A stretch of 64,000 nt of DNA, taken from the NCBI RefSeq assembly GCF_006345805.1, contig NC_043001.1, forward strand, positions 36,704,001-36,768,000, in the 5' to 3' direction. Source of the DNA: Octopus sinensis (Eukaryota). A model generated the notes under the pieces. That model was not told the DNA's origin. It was given only the letters and a program-made list of their open reading frames with translations, and ran no database searches. Position 1 is the first letter of the stretch. Every line of letters starts with the position of its first letter. The translations under genes were made by a program, and so were the position numbers. Below are positions 1 through 11,609 of this stretch, piece after piece.

Positions 1-392
1 TATCATTATCAAAAAATATTCTCAGCAGTATCAACATCATCGTCATTGTGAATGTTATCATCGCCATTATATACTCGTATGCACATGTACCGTCATCATC
101 ATGAATCTTCGCTTTTTCTAGACCATCATCATCATTTTTCCTGCCATCCTTCAATTTTTTCTTTTTATTTTCTCTACGACACGTCTTCAATAATTGAACT
201 TTGATATCTAATACTCCAAAATCTATTAATAATACTACATGAATTATTAATACTTTACGTACTATTAATAACTTTTTAAAGCTTTCTCTATAGATATTTT
301 ACAGAAATTACAGCCGACTCAGAAAGTTACAACGTCTCGTGTGCAAATACCTACGTGTAAACAATATGACTGAAGATAGAAAAATAGGTAAT

Positions 393-820
393 GGCGTATG
401 AGTGGCTGTGTAGTAAGTAGCTTGCTTACCAACCACATGGTTCCGGGTTCAGTCCCACTGCGTCGCACTTTGGGTAAGTGTCTTCTATTAGAGCCTCGAG
501 CCGACCAAAGCCTTGTGAGTGAATTTGGTAGACGGAAACTGAAAGAAGTCCGCCATATATATGTATATATATATATATACATATATATATGTATGTGTGT
601 GAATATGTTTGTGTGTTTGTGTTTGTCCCCAACATCGATTGACAACCGATGCTTGTGTATTTACGTCCCCGTAACTTAGCGGTTCAGCAAAAGAGACCGA
701 TAGAATAAATACTAGGCTTACAAAGAATAAGTTCTGGGGTCGAATTGCTCGACTAAAGGCGGGACTCCAGCATGGCCGCAGTCAAGTGACTGAAACAAAT
801 AAAAGAGTAAAAGAGTAAAA
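393..820 (+). mobile_element. tRNA-derived SINE, group A (octopus-type, internal TA/TG microsatellite), full length
   Basis: Head with pol III A/B-box-like motifs (agtggctgtgtagtaag ... ggttcagtcc), internal microsatellite, 3' half ending in (aaagagt)n. At least 6 other copies occur in the window. Confidence 0.9.
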
Positions 821-1260
821 AAGCCTTTAAAATTTGCAAAATTTGGGTATTTTAGCCAATCAGAAGTGAGTATTTTACAAATCACCGTGAAGCTATGTTA
901 GCATAGTAACAAAGAGCTCTGTTTCCATAGTAAACAAAGATGCTGTGCATGCGCACAAGGAGTGTAACTTCCACCTGTTCCGTAATTGCTTGTTTTCATG
1001 ACAGTAGGAATTCGATTCCAGAACAGTATAGAGATTTTGCCGATACACCCCACCCTCTTCTCACTACTGTGACAGATGATGAAGGAGGAAGCGAACGCGC
1101 TGTTTTCTGATTGGGTGAAAATTCTGAAAAATCATCAAAATTTGAACACCTGTAATATTTTCGCAAAATTTTTCTGAAATAAATGAATGATAAATTCGGG
1201 TTCAGCGTCACAAATTACATTTATATGCTACATTAGAAAAATAAATTAACTTTCGGCATG
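821..1260. mobile_element. possible non-autonomous DNA transposon relic
   Basis: Inverted ccaatcagaa / ttctgattgg motifs with similar AT-rich flanks; termini not defined. Confidence 0.25.
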
Positions 1261-1592
1261 CAGTAGTGACACAAACCATAAAGATCCATTTTACATATTA
1301 ATACACACATACCAGCTGCCATGAATGTGTTTAATATGTAATTTTCTATCTTCAATCATATTGTTTACATAGACGTGTTTGTACACCAACCGTCATAACT
1401 TTCAGTACTGGCTCTAATTTCAATCAAAAAAAATCTGTAGAGATAACATTAAAAAGTGATTGAATTGCACTGCTAACACGATAGGACACAGTATTTACTT
1501 ATAAAGCCTTTAATATACTCGGTAGACTATTATGGTTGCATAACGAAATACGGTCTCCTTACCACCAATTAATATATGCTATTAATAACACT

Positions 1593-1903
1593 GTGGAGGC
1601 GCAATGGCCCAGTGGTTAGGACAGCGGACTCGCGGTCGGAGGATCGCGGTTTCGATTCCCAGACCGGGCGTTGTGTGTGTTTAGTGAGCGAAAACACCTA
1701 AAAGCTCCACGAGGCTCCGGCAGGGGGATGGCGACCCCTGTTGTACTCTTTCGCCACAACTTTCTCTCACTCTCTCTTCTTGTTTCTTGAGTAACGTTTC
1801 GATGGACTGGCGTCCTGTCCAGCTGGGCGGAACACATACGCCACAGAAATCGGGAAACCGGGCCCATGAGCCTGGCTAGGGTTGAAAAGGGTGACGTTTA
1901 TCG
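1593..1903 (+). mobile_element. tRNA-derived SINE, group B, with 13-bp TSD
   Basis: tRNA-like head (tggcccagtgg ... ggtttcgattcc); TSD tattaataacact at 1580-1592 and 1904-1916; homologous copy on the minus strand at 26088-26391. Confidence 0.92.
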
Positions 1904-3609
1904 TATTAATAACACTAATGTGATCATTATAATAGCATTATTACAATCAACACTTCAACTAGTACTATCAATACTACAAATACAACGCATACTATTTCCA
2001 ATAATAGAACGACTACTATGAATTTTAAAACTATCAGTCAAAGCAAGTCAGGATACATTAAGTGGTCTCTCTCTACTTCCTGAAATCCCTCAGACTATGC
2101 TTTACTGAATACAAAATTATGGGTCTTTTTGTCTATTACTGTAGCGGAAAATTAGTTTTTAATGTGGCCTTAAATTTCTTGGAATACATTATTCAGTGAA
2201 TCGTCTTGAACATGGCAGAATGTAATCTGACATCAAGCAGATCAAACTCACATATATACATACGTGTATGTATGCATCCGTGTGTGTGTGTGTGTGTCTG
2301 TGTGTCTGTGTGTCTTTGTGCCTGTGTGTCTGTGTATGTCTGTGTGTGTGTACGTGTGTATGTGTATGCGCGCACACATGGTGGATTTCTGAACGGTACC
2401 CGCTTCCCAAATTTCAGTTACATAACTATGCAATTTCTTGTCACCAGATCTTATATCATATATCATATCACCAATTAGGAACCCTAGAAGTTTGTTAAGT
2501 ATTTTTGGTTCAATGAAACTGTTGATTGCATTTAATTGTTTGAGAGACTAAAACCTCTAGATAATCACTCGATCTTTTAGAAATGACAGCCAAAAAACTC
2601 AGTTCAGATGTCTTGCAAACAACTGGCACATGCAAGTGCTACTAGTCGAGAACCCCGCATACCTGAAGCCAGCATGTGTATGGGGTCATCAGGAGAGAAT
2701 GCGCGCCGTTTCGGGGCCTACCTCTCGACGGCGTCAATGCGCACCGCCCTCCCTCACTGATATGAGGCCCTTCTTGCTAGATCAACTAGTTATTTAATAA
2801 AGCTCACTATCTCTCTAACCATTGCTCATCGTCTCTTTTTAACCAAATCCAGTGGCTAGCCTTCTCCACGGTAGTTTGGATATCGGTCATGGTGGTATTG
2901 ATTTTATGATGAGTTAGGCCTAACGATAACAACAGTCGGGCTTTGAAAACAATATTGAACGATCCATAGGATAATATTATCCTCTAGATACCATGCCTTG
3001 AAATAAGATGGGAAGGCAACAACTGGAAAACTTTTTGATCATAGGTCTGTTCAATCAGTGCCGACCGATGGCTAAACAACAACCAGCTGTCTACATTTCA
3101 TAGAACAACTAGATCAGAGACAAGACAAGGCATATGCATGAATAACAGAAGAAATAAAAACGAGTGACGTCACAAGACGGTAAAAAAAATCACAAAGTAA
3201 TTAGCAGAACCAAACTCTCTTTTATAAAAACGTGAAATGAATTGTAAAAAATTTAAAGTACGAAACAATCAGTGACATTTCTTTTTTCTTCGTTGTTTGT
3301 TCTCTTTTATTCTGTTGCTTGGGGTTTTGATTTTCGTTTATTTGCTTTTTGTAGTGGGATGGAATAATGTTAGAGATTTCTAGATTCATAACCCAGTTAG
3401 CGGACGGACGTAAAGATTATCTTTAAATCTCATCGCTGGTTCTGGGTAGTATCATTGGATTTAGACAAATCTGTAGAATTTAACTAGGATTCTCCACAGG
3501 GAACTCCAGTTCGCAATAAACAACAGATCCGATACACGTACACTTGCATATGCACATGCCTATTCATACTCACATAGATACATAAACAAAACAAAAACAA
3601 ACAAGAAAA

Positions 3610-4452
3610 CAGTGAACTTGTCAGAGTGGTTATGACGTCAAAATGAATTCCCCTGTCGTAAACATTCCGAGTAACTCACCGTGCCGAGTTCAAATCCCGC
3701 CATTGTCAAATTTGCCTTTCATTATTCGGTGATTGATAATATAAAGTACTAGTCTAGGGTGATGGGTGAGCAGAAATATCAGAACGTTGCACGAGATGCC
3801 TTCGGTTTTCTGCATTGAAATCTCACCTACAGCCTGGAGTAATCGCTTCTGGGTCGATAAAATAGATACCAGTTCAGCACTGGGGTCATTGTAATCGATT
3901 TCACCCCTTGCCCAAAACTGCCGTAGAAAATATATGAAGGAGGCAAGCTAACAAAATCGTTATCGCGTCAGAAAAATTGCTTAGCAGCATTTCTTCTAGC
4001 TCTGTAGGATCTGAGTTCAAATTCCACCGTAGTGGACTTTGTCTTTCGTCATTCCAGTGTTGATTAAATAAGTACCAGGTACTTATTGATCCGCCCTGGA
4101 AGGGTCTTACACTTCTCAACAAAATTTCTGGCCTTATGCCACAATTTCAAGAAATTATTATTTGTTTTAGTATATTCTCGACATTTAGGTGGCGAGCAGA
4201 CAAAATCGATAGCACACCGGACGAAATGCTTAGCGGCATTTCATGTTTTCACGTTTTGAGTTCAAATTCACCCGGACGAAATGCTTAGTGGCATTTTATC
4301 CGTCATCACGTTCTAAATTCAAATTCCGCCGAATTCCACTTTGCCTTTCATCCTTCCGGGGTCGATAAAATAAATACCAGTTAAGTACTGGGGTCAGTTT
4401 AATCGACTTACTCCATCGAAATTGCTGATCTTGCGCCAAAATTTGAAATCAA
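3610..4452 (+). mobile_element. cluster of four degenerate group C SINEs, head-to-tail
   Basis: Repeated gagttcaaat(t/c)cc ... tttgcctttcat ... gtcgataaa ... aagtaccag modules, matching the cleaner copy at 41302-41531. Confidence 0.75.
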
Positions 4453-4971
4453 TATACTCACGATACGCTGAAATTAGTGTTATTCATCAAAAAACACCGC
4501 GTTACTCGAATCAGTAAAATATTTTAAACACGATTACTGTAACAGATATAATTTGTTTTATTTTTCGTTAGTCATATTACAGTGGTGATTATTATTATTA
4601 ATACCATTATTAATATTTTCTTACTATCAATTTATTACATATTTTATGTTCATAACTAATACTATTTTTTATCATAGAGTTTTGAATTATTAGCAATAAA
4701 GCTGGCCTCAGAAATTGGTCAGATAAATAAATAGATAGATATCGGTTATTTTGGCTGACTTTTTGACAACTGGATCGACAACTTATTATACATGAAATAT
4801 TGTCATCTAAAATTACTATATGATTCAGAAACAACACTAGCCTGTGCCCTATGCACAGATATCAAACCGATATTGTTTTTCTGTTGATGGTAAAGCTGCT
4901 TGGAGTTCGTGGCGGAAGATGATTTTGATGCAAAGAGCAAAATATAAGTGTACAATGTTATTTCCATATAC

Positions 4972-5025
<54 letters not shown>

Positions 5026-5463
5026 ACACACACAAAGAAACAACAAAAACACAAAGAAAAAACACAAACACAAACACAAACACACACGTGTCGCGTATAT
5101 GTATAGGCGAATTCATGTGATATAGATAAGAAAAATGAGATATAGATAAGACAAACGTTTCTTTTTTTTAATTTTAAGTGTATGTACAGTGTATATATAT
5201 ATGTGTGTGTATGTGTGTGTGTGTGGTGTGTGTGTGTGTGTGTATGTGGGTGTGGGTGTTTTATTCATAGCTTTGAGTCTATGAAAAACTCTTGATAAAA
5301 ATCGAAACAAAAACAATTTTCGGTTTAATGTCATAGAAGAAAGTATTTCCCCATATAAACGGAATCAAATATCTGTGTGCGTGTGTGTGTGTGCGTGTGT
5401 GTGTATGTGTGTGTGTTTGCAAGGCATACACGCATACATGTATATATATATGTAAATAACACC

Positions 5464-5566
<103 letters not shown>

Positions 5567-6267
5567 TACATGTATATATATTTGAGAAGAACCTCCATGT
5601 AGCAATTCAACAATGATATACTTAAATCATACCATAAAGAAAAAGATTAAAGATACGATAAAACAGTTACCAAGAACTAAATAAAGTACGAAATAATAAA
5701 CAAATAGCATATAATTAGTATATTATTATTATTATTATATATATATATGCACACAACTATATATACACACATACACACATTTAAGTGTGTAAGCATATGC
5801 ATATATTAATGCATATGCACATATATGATGTTGAAATAGCAGAGATGTCAAAGCACTAGATCGAATGCCTCGCTGCGTTCCAACTCTCTGCATTTGGATT
5901 TCAAATCGCACCGACACCAACATTTAATTTAACATTTCGGGATCGAAAATAATACTAAGAATCCAAAGGGATAGATAAGCGGAATTGCTAGAGCGTCTGT
6001 ATGCATGACCAACTGCTAGAAAAAAAAAATGAGGAGTAGGCGTGCGCATACAGATGCCAAAATGATCGACCATGACAAAAGAAATACCTAGAAAAGAACA
6101 TATGAATAAAAAATGAAATCACAGCTCACTATGTGCGGGCGTGTGTAGATATTTCAATTTAACTTTTATAGGCTCACAAATGTTTATAAAATCATTGGTT
6201 GTTTCTTGCACTTGTGAAGCTCGAGGTATTGCGAGACTCGGTTAACCTTTAAGCATATATATATATA

Positions 6268-6982
6268 TAATATAAGGGATATTAGCCAACCGAATATGGC
6301 TAGGGACAGGGCAGGGTGGTGGGGGTGTCACTGTTGCATTTAGCCCCAGGCGAACATCAACGTCACCAGATAGGCCTGACGCCATCACGGCGTCCTTTAT
6401 CTTGCAAAGGGAGATCACTCACCAAGAAGCCGATACCACACACGGACCTAGGTTTCAAGGTGTATTGCCTATTATCAACGTGTGGTAGGCATCGCCTCTC
6501 GATGAACGACCAACTTTGCAAGATACATATAAGGATTTTCAAGTAAATACATTTACTGATTTCGAAAATCCGTTCGACAGCAATAATAATTCTCTAAATG
6601 AGATATAGACAGTGACTGCTCCGTAATATAAGGGATATTAGCCAACCGAATATGTCTAGGGACAGGGCAGGGTGGTGGGGGTGTCGAAAATCCTTATATG
6701 TATCTTGCAAAGTTGGTCGTTCATCGAGAGGCGATGCCTACCACACATTGATAATAGGCAATACACCTTGAAACCTAGGTCCGTGTGTGGTATCGGCTTC
6801 TTGGTGAGTGATCTCCCTTTGCAAGATAAAGGACGCCGTGATGGCGTCAGGCCTATCTGGTGACGTTGATGTTCGCCTGGGGCTAAATGCAACAGTGACA
6901 CCCTAGCCATATTCGGTTGGCTAATATCCCTTATATTACGGAGCAGTCACTGTCTATATCTCATTTAGAGAATTATTATTGC
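6268..6982. repeat. complex direct plus inverted duplication (A-B-C-D-E-A-B-C'-A'-E') in (TA)n
   Basis: 6323-6540 is the reverse complement of 6686-6903 (1 mismatch seen); 6268-6329 is repeated at 6624-6685; 6580-6661 is inverted at 6901-6982. Confidence 0.95.
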
Positions 6983-7451
6983 CATATATATATACATATA
7001 TATATATTATTCAAAGGAATTCCAACTCTGTCTGTTTTTTATGTTTTATTTATATTCTTTATAATATTAATGTAGAATATAGAATATATATTAAAATAGT
7101 ATATGTAGTAAAATGAAATGAAGTATTCATTGTCTTATTGAATAAATGAAATATTGAATATCAAATATTAAGGGACTAGTATACTTTCTTGCATTTAAGC
7201 AGGGAAGGAAAAGGGGAAAGAGGAAAGTGCACGTGTAATACATAACTTAGAAGCAGCGTTACGGATGTGCCAGCACACACGAGCCTGAGACATGGCCGCC
7301 CTCATGCACTTCTCACGAGGAATTCCGGAAGGAACTTCGTGAGACCAGTGCAAAGACACTTCCGAGGAAAGAAAAAAAAAGGAAAGAAAAAGATATAAGA
7401 AAAAAACTGTTGGAAAATCGATTATAGCAGTGACTCGATCAATCCTTAGGG

Positions 7452-7494
7452 ATACCTGAAGAAGGAATTTTTATATTCCGAAATATTATATAAG
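7452..7494 (+). ncRNA. minimal type I hammerhead ribozyme motif (PLE-type, palindromic stem III)
   Basis: CTGAAGA 7456-7462, extra A, stem II ggaat/attcc, GAAA 7480-7483, ATAT palindrome, H17=U; stem I atac/atat with one mismatch. Confidence 0.65.
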
Positions 7495-7619
7495 ACAATG
7501 GATGATTAAATTACACCAGTTATTATAGTGCATTGTTGTGCCATTCAAAACACATTATTACTATTTATTATTATTGTTTACAAATAATACACAATGCTTC
7601 AAGTGAACTGCAATACTCT

Positions 7620-7916
<297 letters not shown>

Positions 7917-7966
7917 TATTTATATATATTATAAAGAAATAATTACTATGAAGCATTGTGTAGAAC

Positions 7967-8283
7967 ATATTGTATAAAAGATTGTGGGTAAGGCCAAAAT
8001 AATGCGAAGTAAGTGCAAAGTAGATCACAAGAAAACAAATATGTGAATTAAGGTAGACTTACCTTGTATTCAATATTTCGGGCTTATGAGCCCATTTTCA
8101 AGAAATTGACGCTCACAAACACGCACATCAGCAGCATTCATCAATTTTTTGAAAATGGGCTCATAACCCCGAAATATTGAATACAAGGTAAGTCTACATT
8201 AATTCACATATTTGTTTTCTTGTGATCTACCTTGCATTTACTTCGCATTGTTTAGGCCTTAGACACGATCTTTTATACAATAT
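7967..8283. repeat. long inverted repeat (143-bp arms, 31-bp spacer), PLE terminal-repeat-like
   Basis: 7967-8109 versus the reverse complement of 8141-8283: 10 mismatches counted. Each arm carries TTGAAAA ... GAAATATT and AAG/GTAAGT. Confidence 0.93.
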
Positions 8284-8329
8284 ATATATATGCACACACA
8301 CACACAGAGGAGAGATCGATCGATCGATC

Positions 8330-8397
<68 letters not shown>

Positions 8398-9500
8398 TCA
8401 GCACAAACAAATCTATAGCATGCACATATACGCATACACTCACTCTCCACACAAATAAGTGTAAACAAGCGGATTTTTACGCTTGAATTTGATACGTTAC
8501 ATCGCTTGAAGTCGTTTATCTTAAATTTTATAATTACTCCTTACATTAATATTGAATTCCATGTTCAATTAGGTTTTGTGTATTTTGTTAATAATATCTT
8601 AATTTCTATTTTGGTAATTTAGTAATTTTGATAATAACGAAAGAGAAAATTACCTTATTATTTAAATTGAATTTATTTTGTCAACATTTCTTCCATTCAT
8701 TGCAATATTAGATTAATGTATATCAAGAAATTGTGATTATTCCCCAATTTTATAAAATTTTCAATTACAGAACTGTAATTTTCTTTTAGATTATAACGGT
8801 TTTTTCTTTAGATATTTTTTAAAAATACAGATGCATTCTTTTCTTTCGTGAAAATTTGATAAACAAGAACCTTATCTTTAATGCATTTTAGACAGTTAAT
8901 TTAAACTCGAAGTGTCATCATATATGAAGAGTTGAAGCATGCATTAGACTGAAAATACAGGATGTATTTTAAGCTATTTCTCTCGCAAAAAGGCAACACA
9001 TTAGAAATGAAACGTTATATTTCTTTAGAAACAAAATATTTCAAGTAAGGAAAACAGCCTTCAGCAATTGCTCTCATGTATGTTGGTTGTATTTTTCCTT
9101 ATTATTAGCAACAAGTATCAATCAATCATCCACATGCAGCCACCTGCATGTATTAATAAACAAACATGCTCACTGGCGTTGATATCAGTAAAGAAATCGA
9201 GAGGTAAAGTTGTACCAAAAGAGTAAATCAAATATTTAAGTTATAAATACAAATATATGTATGTGTGTGCATTGTGAATGAATTTGTGATCTTCCTTTGC
9301 CGAGGCTGGATCCCCGGTGTTGGTTTATTTACGACTTCATAACCTAACAGTTATACAAAAGATACCGACAGAATAATTCCCAAGCTTTAAAATAAGTACT
9401 TGTGGCAATGTGTTCGACTGAGCCCTTCAAGGTGGTAACCCAGCATGGTCGCATTCAATAACTGAGACGAGCAAAAGAGGAGTGTGTGTTAAAACATATA

Positions 9501-9553
<53 letters not shown>

Positions 9554-9562
9554 TATACATAT

Positions 9563-10285
9563 AGGCGCCGGTGTGGCTGTGTGTTAAGAAGCTTGCCGGA
9601 GGACTCCTATAAATTTATACCTGTGTGGTCCGGCCTGGAACCGGGTGCATGCTTCAATGAAGCAAGGATACTGGTCGGCCGGATAACCTGAACGAGTCTA
9701 GAAAATGTGAAACATGTGACTTTTTGTGTGTTTTTAGAAAAGAAAAAAGAAATCTGAACACTGTGTTGTTTAAGTAAGAGGTTTATTGCCTCGTTGTGTT
9801 TTGGGGGGAAAAAGGAAAAAAGAACATTGTTTTAGAGAAGCGAAAGTCGGCGGGCGCTTTTCGCCTTCTCCCATCATCATCATTTTTGCATCACCATCAT
9901 ACATACCATTAATGTCCATGTCCAGCCCACAAAGCTTCCATCTGTGTAATGCCCTTGTGGCAAATTATATGAAATAAAGAAGCTTGCTTCCCTACTACAT
10001 GGTCCCAGGTTCAGTCCCACTGTGTGACCTCATCGGGTCTTCTGCTTTAGCCTCGGTTCGACCAAAGCCTTGTAAGTGGATTTGGCAGACTGAAACTCAA
10101 AGAAGTCCGTCGTACATATATATATATAACCAGAAATCCTTGGATCTTGAATTATTCAATAATTTTTGCTTGTATGTTTTGTCCCTCCGCTTTACCTCAT
10201 GGTGCGATATGAACATTTAACGTGGTACTATAGTCAGTGTTTCGACTGCTATTTCGGCATGTTGGTGTCTTTTAGACACCCTCAT

Positions 10286-10368
<83 letters not shown>

Positions 10369-10626
10369 GTGTGTGTGTGTGTGTGTGTATGTGTGTGCGT
10401 GTGTGTGTATTTGTGTGTTTGTGTTCGTGTGTCTGTGTTTGTCACCCCACCATCGCTTGACAACGGATGTTGGTGCACTTACGTCCCCATGAATTAGCTG
10501 CTTTGCAAAGGCGACCGAGAATGTAAGTACTAGGCTTACAAAGAATAAGTCCAAGGGTCGATTCACTCGACTAAAGGCGGTGCTCCAGCATGGCCGCTTC
10601 AAATGACTGAAACAAGTAAAAGAATA
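9563..10626 (+). mobile_element. group A SINE interrupted by two insertions
   Basis: Head at 9563-9596, resuming at 9977 (aagaagcttgc duplicated); central part to about 10128; 3' half about 10330-10626. Confidence 0.8.
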
Positions 10627-11313
10627 TGTATGTAGAAGTCAAAAATACTGTACCTGTCTATCTTTCTATCTATCTATCTATCTATCTATCTATTTATCTA
10701 CTAACCTACCTACCTACCTATCTACCTACCTACCACCCTACCTAACTGCACGTGGATTGTTGGCGAATTTTCCTTATTTTTCTTTCTTTCTCTTTGGACT
10801 TTTCTCTTTTCTCACGTGCTAATCAAATAGCGAGTTTTGTATAATCGACTGTTTCCCCAAAAATATTTGTTCTTGTACTAATGAAAGAAATCAATTATAT
10901 ACTGTATTCGAATTTATTATTTCACAAAATCAAGTTAGAGCTAGTATAACGCAGTTACATAGATTTTAGTATCTTTATCAGTAATAATCACAATGTGCTA
11001 CCGGTGAACGTATGCGAACTCAAAACATTTCAGCTGTTAGCTTAACAATTCTACTGTTAGCTTACCACTTGGCTGTCGTCTACGATCTCACTGGAATTGC
11101 AATAATTAGTTTTTACCCTCTAGGCTCCCGAGTTCACATCGCTGTACATCCCTCAGGGATGAATAAAACAAATAGGGTTTCATCATCTATACTTCCTCTT
11201 TCTCTTTGGATTTGGCCTGCTGCCAAAGGAACAAATAATAATATCTCATATCGAAAAACAGACACATATGCATTATTATATTATATTATGTATGTATGTA
11301 TGTATGTATGTAC

Positions 11314-11373
<60 letters not shown>

Positions 11374-11391
11374 TGTGTGTATGTATGTATG

Positions 11392-11433
<42 letters not shown>

Positions 11434-11484
11434 ATATATATATATATATACTTAGATATATATGTATATATAGGGATGTATATG

Positions 11485-11519
<35 letters not shown>

Positions 11520-11569
11520 GTATATATAGGGATATATATATATATTTACATATATATTTATGTATATAT

Positions 11570-11609
<40 letters not shown>

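Noticed and set aside
1595-1670. tRNA gene (also heads at 26391, 55946, 60922)
   Set aside because: A and B boxes are present, but there is no complete cloverleaf and the sequence continues into SINE bodies with TSDs.
2680-2715. Type II hammerhead on the minus strand (GAAA ... CTGATGA)
   Set aside because: The would-be stem II strands are cccc and cccc and cannot pair.
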